Shown: in pieces, positions 57,201-64,000 of the stretch | How positions within the stretch are numbered: position 1 is the first letter of the stretch | How the letters are laid out: the number at the start of each line of letters is the position of its first letter | Assembly (NCBI GenBank): GCA_018057455.1 | Contig: JAGPDT010000008.1 | Span: 4,494-68,493, forward strand | Length of the DNA: 64,000 bases | From: Flavobacteriales bacterium | Lineage (GTDB): Bacteria > Bacteroidota > Bacteroidia > Flavobacteriales_F > PHOS-HE28 | Direction: 5' to 3' | The notes under the pieces: generated by a model | Seen by the model: the letters and a program-made list of their open reading frames with translations, nothing else | Database searches by the model: none | Told to the model about the DNA's origin: nothing | Position numbers and translations under genes: made by a program

Positions 57201-59720
57201 ATGAAGCGAAAAGTACCTGTCCTGTTCACCGCATTTACGGTTGCTGGTCTGGCCTTCGGCCAAACCGGGACTTTTGATGCCAGTTTCAATACCGGCACCG
57301 GCGCCGACAACGGCGTACGCACCATTGCGGTGCAGCCGGACGGTAAGGCCGTCGTTGGCGGAAACTTCACGAGTTTCAACGGCGCTGCGGTGAACCGCAT
57401 CGTCCGATTGAACGTGGACGGCTCCACGGACCCCGGATTCGGCCCGGGTACGGGGGCGAACGCCGTCATTACCGCCGTAGCCATGCAGGCCGACGGCAAG
57501 GTGCTCATCGCCGGCAGTTTCACTTCGTACAATGGCACCAACCGCCGAAGGGTGGCCCGCTTGAACGCGGACGGCACCTTGGACGGCACCTTCAACCCCG
57601 GCACCGGGCCCAACCAGCGCGTGGACGCCATCGTGGTGCAGCCTGACGGCAAGGTGCTCATCGCGGGCACCTTCGTCTCGGTGAACGGCAGCTCCCGCAA
57701 CCGCGTGGCCCGCCTCAATGCCAACGGCACCTTGGACGGCTCCTTCAACCCCGGCACCGGCGCCAACGGCGATGTAAAGGCCTTGGCTTTGCAGCCGGAC
57801 GGTAAAGTGCTCGTCGGTGGAAGTTTCACCAGTTACAACGGCACGGCCCGCAACCGCCTGGCCCGCGTGAACGCCGATGGTGGCCTGGATGCCTCCTACG
57901 GTCCCGGCACCGGATGCAATGCCCCGGTGTGGGACATGGTGGCCCAGCCCGATGGCAGGGTGGTGATCGCCGGTGAGTTCAGCGCGTACAATGGCACCAC
58001 CCGCAACCGGATCGCCCGCACCAATGCGGACGGCAGTTTGGATGTGGCGTTCTTTCCCGTCAGCGGACTCTTCGATGTGGCCGGGGCTGTGGGCCGCCGG
58101 TTGGCGCTGCACGGTGGCGGCAAGATCCTCGTGGGCGGTTCCTTTACCTTGGCCAACGGTGTGACCCACAACCGCATCGCCCGCTTCAACACCAACGGAA
58201 GCGTGGACAGCGGCTTCAACAGCGGTGGCGGGGCCAGCGGAGGCATTTGGGCCGTGGCCACCCGCCCCAATGGCAAGATCCTGGTGGGCGGCGGCTTCAC
58301 CGCCTTTGCTTCCAACAGCGTGGGCCGCGTGGCCCAGCTCAACGGTGACGATTGCCCCGTGCTGGGCGTGAACATAGGCGCACCCTGCGATGATGGCAAC
58401 CCCCTTACGCAGAATGATGTGGTATCGGCCCAGTGCGTGTGCATGGGGGATTGCGGAGGCAACCAAGTGATGCTGCACTTCACCACCGATGCCAACGCCG
58501 ACCAGATCGGCTGGGAGATCACCGACAGCCAGAACAACGTGCTCTTCACCGGTGGCCTCACCGCGGGTGATGACAACAGCACCGTGGTGGTGCCGGTGTG
58601 CCTGGGGTCCACCCCCGTGGAGGCCTGCTATGGCTTCCGCCTGATGGACAGCTTCGGCGATGGCATTGCCGACGGCGGATGGGAACTGCGCACGGTGGAC
58701 GGCAAGCTGCTGCTGGCCGATGACTTCGCCAACGGGAGCGTTTCCCCCGCCGCACCGCCGGCCAGCGCCACCTACGGCGGAAGCCACGGCTTCTGCCTGC
58801 CGGAAGGACCTGCTGCTATCGCCCTCACCGAGTGCGGCATCTTCACCAACAACCTCCTCAACAAGGTCTATTGCAACAAGGTGACCGGTGCCAACCAGTA
58901 CCAGTTCGAGTTCGCCGATCCCGATGCCGGCTTCATCCGCCGCATCACCACCAACCGCAATTACGTGATCTTCAATGAAATGGTGAGCAACCCGTTGACC
59001 CCGGGCGTGACGTACTTCGCCCGTGTGCGCAGCAACGTGGCGGGCCCCGTGGAAAGCGCCCACTTCGGCAGCGGTTGCGAAATGGGCCTGGGCATCGCCG
59101 AGACGCTCACGTGCTCGGAGCTGATATCGGCCCCGGCCTACGGCCATTCCTGCAATGAGGAGCGCACCTTCAACTCCGGCTACAGCTTCATCTATGCCAT
59201 ACCGGTAATGGGCGCCACCGAGTACCAGTTCCGCATCTTCAACGATGCCGAAGGCTATGACCAGACCTTCAGCCGCAACACCTACATCCTGGAACTGGCC
59301 TGGAACAACACCGTGGCGCCGCCCCTGTTGGACGGCAATACCTACAACGTGGAGATCAATGCCAAGGTGAGCGGGGCCTACACCGGCTTCTGCCCCAGCA
59401 CCTGCACCATCACCATCAACAATGCCGAACTCGGCGGCCGCCTGGTGCAAACCACCACGCAGGCCATGCTCTGGCCCAATCCCGTGCAAAACGGGCTGGT
59501 GAACCTGGACCTCAACAACCTCTCCGGAGGCGCCCACCAGATCAGCGTGGACGTGCAGGACATCTACGGCAAACGGGTGTTCACCCAAGCCTTCAGCAAC
59601 ACCGGCGACCGTTTCAGCACCTTGCTGCAACTGCCCGGTACACTCTCCAGCGGAGTATACCTCGTGAACATCACCGTGGACGGCACCAGCACTGTGCACC
59701 GGGTGAGCATGGTGGATTGA
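57201..59720 (+). CDS. T9SS type A cargo: seven delta-60 repeats, Cys-rich stalk and Por secretion tail
   Basis: Signal peptide; repeats G.LD..F.PGTG.N..V..IA.QPDGK.L.GG.F; CDDGNP; WPNPV...DIYGK...SSGVYLV CTD. Confidence 0.88.
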   Translation: MKRKVPVLFTAFTVAGLAFGQTGTFDASFNTGTGADNGVRTIAVQPDGKAVVGGNFTSFNGAAVNRIVRLNVDGSTDPGFGPGTGANAVITAVAMQADGKVLIAGSFTSYNGTNRRRVARLNADGTLDGTFNPGTGPNQRVDAIVVQPDGKVLIAGTFVSVNGSSRNRVARLNANGTLDGSFNPGTGANGDVKALALQPDGKVLVGGSFTSYNGTARNRLARVNADGGLDASYGPGTGCNAPVWDMVAQPDGRVVIAGEFSAYNGTTRNRIARTNADGSLDVAFFPVSGLFDVAGAVGRRLALHGGGKILVGGSFTLANGVTHNRIARFNTNGSVDSGFNSGGGASGGIWAVATRPNGKILVGGGFTAFASNSVGRVAQLNGDDCPVLGVNIGAPCDDGNPLTQNDVVSAQCVCMGDCGGNQVMLHFTTDANADQIGWEITDSQNNVLFTGGLTAGDDNSTVVVPVCLGSTPVEACYGFRLMDSFGDGIADGGWELRTVDGKLLLADDFANGSVSPAAPPASATYGGSHGFCLPEGPAAIALTECGIFTNNLLNKVYCNKVTGANQYQFEFADPDAGFIRRITTNRNYVIFNEMVSNPLTPGVTYFARVRSNVAGPVESAHFGSGCEMGLGIAETLTCSELISAPAYGHSCNEERTFNSGYSFIYAIPVMGATEYQFRIFNDAEGYDQTFSRNTYILELAWNNTVAPPLLDGNTYNVEINAKVSGAYTGFCPSTCTITINNAELGGRLVQTTTQAMLWPNPVQNGLVNLDLNNLSGGAHQISVDVQDIYGKRVFTQAFSNTGDRFSTLLQLPGTLSSGVYLVNITVDGTSTVHRVSMVD
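57267..58349 (+). repeat. Seven tandem delta-60-like repeats (153-bp / 51-aa period)
   Basis: DG(K/R) codons at 57339, 57492, 57645, 57798, 57951. Confidence 0.85.
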
Positions 59721-59766
59721 CCGCACCGCGGCGCCATCGCGCGCACGGTCACATTAGGCAGGCACT

Positions 59767-59799
59767 AGGGCCGCCCCCCCAAGGGGCGGCCCTTTCGTT
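59767..59799 (+). terminator. Intrinsic terminator after the delta-60 gene
   Basis: AGGGCCGCCCC / GGGGCGGCCCT stem followed by TTCGTT. Confidence 0.7.
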
Positions 59800-60152
59800 C
59801 AGCAGGGCATGGCCTGGCCGGCCTGCGGGAGCAAGTGGCGCGGGGCATGGCGGACTCGATCGGGTCCGTTCCTGTGTCCGACCGCACCGGTGGAACCAGT
59901 TCCGACGGACCGGCACCATCCCCCGAATTCGGGATTGCGCACGGTCCTTGGATCTTTTCATTTTGCATCACAAGGCAACACCCAACGTCCAACCACGCAA
60001 GGCAACTCCGTTCGAACCAGGCAAACCAGGAACGGGCAGAAGGATCGTTCACATCCCGGGCCATCCACCGATGATCGCGTAGTGCAGTACCCTCGACCGT
60101 AAGCCGCTCCAGGCGCAAAACCTTCACACCAAAAAATCAACACCATTGACCC

Positions 60153-63100
60153 ATGAGAACGCTGAACAAACTGCTTGCCTGCACAATGGCCCTTGCAGGG
60201 CCGTTGAGTTTGTGGGCGCAAACGGAAAGTGAGCCCAATGACGCCTTCAACCAGGCCAATGCCATCACCCTCGGCACGGCCATGAACGGCGATATCGGCG
60301 GCGCACCTTGCGCCAGCGGCACGAGCGAGGACTACTTCATCCTCAACCTCGCGCAGGACGGCAAGCTCAACATCAACACCCATGCGGCGAACAGCGGCGC
60401 CAGCGGTTCCGGTCTGCGCATCTACGTGTATAACGCCGGTGGGGGCCAGATCGGTTACTTCGACCATGACACCGGGCCCAATGGAGTCCCGATCAGCGTG
60501 GGCAGTTCCATGACCTGCCTCAACAAGGGCATCTACTATTTCCGCCCATGGCGCCTCAATGGGGGCGTGTGCTATACCTACGCGCTGACGGTAACCCGCA
60601 CGGCACCCGTGTACTCGGACGATGTGGAGCCGAACAACGAATTCGCCACCGCCCTCCCTTTGGCGCACAACACCTTCACGCAGGGCCATGTGAACTTCAG
60701 CCATTACGGCGACAATGACGACCGCTTCAGCCTGACCACACCGGCCGAAGGCACCATCACGGTGACCCTGATCGCGGAGAACGCGGATGTTTCCTCCGGT
60801 AGTGTAAGGGCCTACCTGTACAACAGTGCCGGAGGCCAGATCGATTATTTCGACTCCCCCGCAGGCGCCTTGGGTGATGACGACACCACCATGGCCTCCT
60901 TCACGTGCTATGGGCTCGGCGCGTACTACTTGCGCATACAGAGCATCAGCGGCTGCGGCATCAGCTACAAGATGAAGTACGCCATCACCGGCGCGGTGTA
61001 CGGCAACGACCTTGAGCCGAACAACGAATTCAGCCAAGCCGCGGCCAACCCGCTGTTGGCACCGAACACCTTCACCGAAGGCCATGTGAACTTCAGCCAC
61101 TATGGCGACAACGACGACCGCTATAAGATCAGCACCACCGGTGAAGGCACGCTGCGGCTCACGGCCATCGCCGAACGCGTACCGGCTGCCGCAGGGGCGC
61201 TGCGGATCTACGTGTACAACAGCAATGGCGGGCAGATCGACTACTACGACCCGTCCGTGGGCGGAAGCAACGATGACGACACCACCACCGCCCTCTTCGA
61301 TTGCTACGGCCAGGGCGACTACTACCTCCGGGTAGCGAGCATCAACGGCTGCGGCATCAGCTACAAGCTCAAGTATGAACTGTTGCCTGCGGTCTACGGA
61401 AGCGACGTTGAGCCGAACAACGACTTCAGCCAGGCCGCGGCCAACCCGCTGTTGGCTCCGAACACCTTCACCCAGGGCCATGTGAACTTCAACCACTACG
61501 GCGACAACGACGACTACTACAAGATCAGCACGCCCGCGGAAGGAACGCTGCGGCTCACCACCATCGCTGAACGCGTGCCCACCGCCCAAGGGGCGTTGCG
61601 GATCTATGTGTACAACAGCGGTGGCGGGCAGATCAACTACTACGACCCGGCCGCGGGCGGAAGCAACGATGATGACACCACCATCGCCCTTTTCGATTGC
61701 TACGGCCAGGGCGACTATTACCTCCGGGTAGCGAGCATCAATGGCTGCGGCATCAGCTACAAGCTGAAGTATGAACTGCTGCCCGCCGTGTATGGGAACG
61801 ATGCCGAGCCGAACAACGACTTCAACCAGGCCGCGGCCAACCCCCTGTTGGCCCACAACACCTTCACCGAGGGCCATGTGAACTTCAATCACTACGGCGA
61901 CAACGACGACCGTTACTACATCCTCACCCCGGGTGACGGCACCCTGCGGATCACCACCATCGCTGAGCGCGTTCCCACCGCGGCAGGCGCGGTGCGGGTG
62001 TACGTGTACAACAACGGAGGCGGCCAGATCGCGTACTACGACGCCACGGCGGGCGGCGGCAATGATGATGACACCACCAGCGTGGATCTGGACTGCTATG
62101 GGCAGGGCAACTACTACCTGCGCGTGGTGAGCATCAACGGCTGTGGCATCAGCTACAGACTGAAATACGAGGTCCTGGCCCCCCTCTACGGCAATGACCC
62201 GGAACCGAACAACTCCTTCGCTGAAGCCATCGCGGTGAACCCGGATTCATCCAACGCCAACGGCCACCTGAACTTTGCGCACACGGGGAACAATGACGAC
62301 TATGCCAAAGTGGCCCTCCCGGCCGCGGGCAACATTTCGTTCGACCTGAGCGCCGAGAATGCCGGAGGGGGCGCCATCAGGGTCTATCTGTACAACGAGG
62401 GCGGCGGTCAACTGGCCTATCAGGACGTGCCGGTGGGATCGGGCCATATCCCCGTCCAAACAGCCGTGGCCTTTAATGGGCTGGCCGCTGGAACGTACTA
62501 TGTCCGGTTCACGAGCATCAGTGGTTGCGGCATCAGCTACCGCCTCAACTGCAACGACGCCGATGGCGACGGTGCCTGCAACTACTTCGACCTGTGCCCG
62601 GGCGGACCTGAGCCCGGAACGGCTTGCGATGACGGCAATGCCAACACCACGGGTGATGTGATCGATGCTTCATGCAATTGCGTGGGCTCGCCCGTGAGCT
62701 GCGATGACGATGACCCCTGCACCCAGGACACTTGGAACGGATCGACCTGTGTACACACCGTCCTGGATGCCGACAATGACGGCACCTGCGATGCCGATGA
62801 CGGATGCCCCAACGACGGTGCCAAGACCTCACCCGGAGTGTGCGGCTGCGGCAACCCCGACGTACCCACCACTTGGTTTGCCGATGCAGACGGTGATGGC
62901 CTGGGCGACCCCAATGACAGCCAACCGGGCTACTTGTGCGACCAACCCGTGGGTTATGTGGCCAACGCTTCCGACCACTGCCCCGCAGTGGAGGGCACCG
63001 TGGGCAGCGCCTGCGATGACGGCGATCCCAACACCACCGGTGACGCGTTGGACGGTAGCTGCAACTGCGTGGGCTCACCCGTGAGCTGCGATGACGGCGA

Positions 63101-64000
63101 TCCCTGCACCCTCGACACCTGGGACGGCATGCAGTGCATACACACCTTCTTGGATGCCGATGGCGACCTGACCTGCGATGCTGAGGACGGCTGCGTGAAC
63201 GACCCGGACAAAACTGCGCCTGGTGCCTGCGGATGCGACGTGGCCGATGTGGCAACAACATGGTATGCCGATACCGACGGTGACGGCTTGGGCGACCCCA
63301 GCGACAGCCAACCCGGCTTTACCTGCAATCCTCCGGCGGGCTATGTGGCGGACAACAGCGACCTGTGCCCGGCTGCCAGCGGCACTGTGGGCAGCGCCTG
63401 CGATGATGGAAACCCCAACACCACCGGTGATGCATTGGATGCCAACTGCAATTGCAACGGCACCCCTACGGGCTGCATGGAAGAGACCATCGTGCTCACC
63501 TTCACACTCGATGCCTTCGGTGGCCAAACCACCTGGGAACTGCGCACCGCGCCGGGCAACAGCGTGGTGGCCACCGGCGGCCCTTATGCCGATGGCACAC
63601 CCGGCACGGTGATCACCGAGACCATCTGTGTGCCGGCCGCCTGCTACCGCTTCGGTGTGCATGATGCCAACGGCGACGGTATGGGCCAAGGAGGGTATGT
63701 GGTGAGCGACGGCCAGGGCAACCGGATCATCGATGCCAACGGCGAATTCGGCGCGTTGAGCTACATGGGCACCAGGTTCTGCCTGCCCGTGGGCCCGGTG
63801 CAGCTCATGCCCGCCTCCTGCGACCGGACGGACCTCACCCTCAACGACCAGCTGGTGACCACCACCGTGGCTGGCGCAACAGCCTACCAGTTCGCGTTCT
63901 TCGATCCGCATGGCAGTTACCAGGAGGTCTTCACACGGATGGAGAACATGATCGGGCCCGCACCCAATGCGGACTTCCCGCTCGGGCTGCCGGTCAACGT
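60153..64000 (+). CDS. Large secreted multi-repeat surface protein (PPC-like modules, Cys/Ca-rich repeats, shared stalk); runs off the window end, absent from the ORF track
   Basis: Manual translation open from ATG 60153 (MRTLNKLLACTMALAGPLSLWAQTESEPND...) to base 64000; explains the long antisense ORFs in the track. Confidence 0.88.
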   Translation, partial: MRTLNKLLACTMALAGPLSLWAQTESEPNDAFNQANAITLGTAMNGDIGGAPCASGTSEDYFILNLAQDGKLNINTHAANSGASGSGLRIYVYNAGGGQIGYFDHDTGPNGVPISVGSSMTCLNKGIYYFRPWRLNGGVCYTYALTVTRTAPVYSDDVEPNNEFATALPLAHNTFTQGHVNFSHYGDNDDRFSLTTPAEGTITVTLIAENADVSSGSVRAYLYNSAGGQIDYFDSPAGALGDDDTTMASFTCYGLGAYYLRIQSISGCGISYKMKYAITGAVYGNDLEPNNEFSQAAANPLLAPNTFTEGHVNFSHYGDNDDRYKISTTGEGTLRLTAIAERVPAAAGALRIYVYNSNGGQIDYYDPSVGGSNDDDTTTALFDCYGQGDYYLRVASINGCGISYKLKYELLPAVYGSDVEPNNDFSQAAANPLLAPNTFTQGHVNFNHYGDNDDYYKISTPAEGTLRLTTIAERVPTAQGALRIYVYNSGGGQINYYDPAAGGSNDDDTTIALFDCYGQGDYYLRVASINGCGISYKLKYELLPAVYGNDAEPNNDFNQAAANPLLAHNTFTEGHVNFNHYGDNDDRYYILTPGDGTLRITTIAERVPTAAGAVRVYVYNNGGGQIAYYDATAGGGNDDDTTSVDLDCYGQGNYYLRVVSINGCGISYRLKYEVLAPLYGNDPEPNNSFAEAIAVNPDSSNANGHLNFAHTGNNDDYAKVALPAAGNISFDLSAENAGGGAIRVYLYNEGGGQLAYQDVPVGSGHIPVQTAVAFNGLAAGTYYVRFTSISGCGISYRLNCNDADGDGACNYFDLCPGGPEPGTACDDGNANTTGDVIDASCNCVGSPVSCDDDDPCTQDTWNGSTCVHTVLDADNDGTCDADDGCPNDGAKTSPGVCGCGNPDVPTTWFADADGDGLGDPNDSQPGYLCDQPVGYVANASDHCPAVEGTVGSACDDGDPNTTGDALDGSCNCVGSPVSCDDGDPCTLDTWDGMQCIHTFLDADGDLTCDAEDGCVNDPDKTAPGACGCDVADVATTWYADTDGDGLGDPSDSQPGFTCNPPAGYVADNSDLCPAASGTVGSACDDGNPNTTGDALDANCNCNGTPTGCMEETIVLTFTLDAFGGQTTWELRTAPGNSVVATGGPYADGTPGTVITETICVPAACYRFGVHDANGDGMGQGGYVVSDGQGNRIIDANGEFGALSYMGTRFCLPVGPVQLMPASCDRTDLTLNDQLVTTTVAGATAYQFAFFDPHGSYQEVFTRMENMIGPAPNADFPLGLPVN
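60231..62550 (+). repeat. Six tandem modules of about 132 aa (396 bp) beginning EPN[ND]
   Basis: EPN codons at 60231, 60627, 61014, 61410, 61806, 62202; modules 3-5 are highly similar at DNA level. Confidence 0.9.
62600..63470 (+). repeat. Tandem Cys/Asp-rich modules of 129 aa (387 bp), about 2.3 copies
   Basis: CDDG codons at 62625, 63012, 63399; DADGDG/DTDGDG calcium-binding-type motifs. Confidence 0.85.

Noticed and set aside
59990-60150. c-di-GMP-I riboswitch suggested by GGCAAACC at 60020
   Set aside because: No following GAAA tetraloop stem or GG-GAC-GCAAA-GC segment
60231-63470. Tandem repeats as a CRISPR array or diversity-generating retroelement
   Set aside because: The periods (396 and 387 bp) are in-frame protein domains; no short repeat-spacer pattern, adenine-specific variation or reverse transcriptase

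Overview
A 64 kb, GC-rich chromosomal window of a Bacteroidota (Flavobacteriales-like) bacterium. The lineage is inferred from TAnnTTTG -7 promoter elements, T9SS C-terminal domains and the coaX-OMP-lptC and miaB-bEBP-lptE-secG-groESL gene orders. It is mostly core genome: trpS, plsC, gatC, kbl, gpmI, tRNA-Phe, coaX, lptC, groESL, secG, lptE, miaB, ppiD, mreBCD-mrdA-rodA, purH. No CRISPR array, IS, integrase or prophage was seen. The most notable parts are: (1) an ECF sigma / membrane anti-sigma-like TPR protein / exported TPR-CHAT caspase-like protease trio; (2) a PhoP/PhoR-like two-component locus with a Na/Pi cotransporter, a TonB-dependent receptor and a non-SusD lipoprotein, whose four promoters carry 11-bp-phased TTAAC/TTCAC-like repeats at the same offsets from a degenerate -7 element; (3) a sigma54-type -24/-12 element and a palindrome upstream of groES, 2 kb from a sensor-less sigma54 activator; (4) a ~100 bp palindromic insert read in frame inside miaB; (5) T9SS surface proteins with different repeat heads on a shared Cys-rich C-terminal stalk; (6) a 48-aa Cys4 zinc-ribbon ORF absent from the ORF track. 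Family calls come from motif recognition only; no database searches were run.
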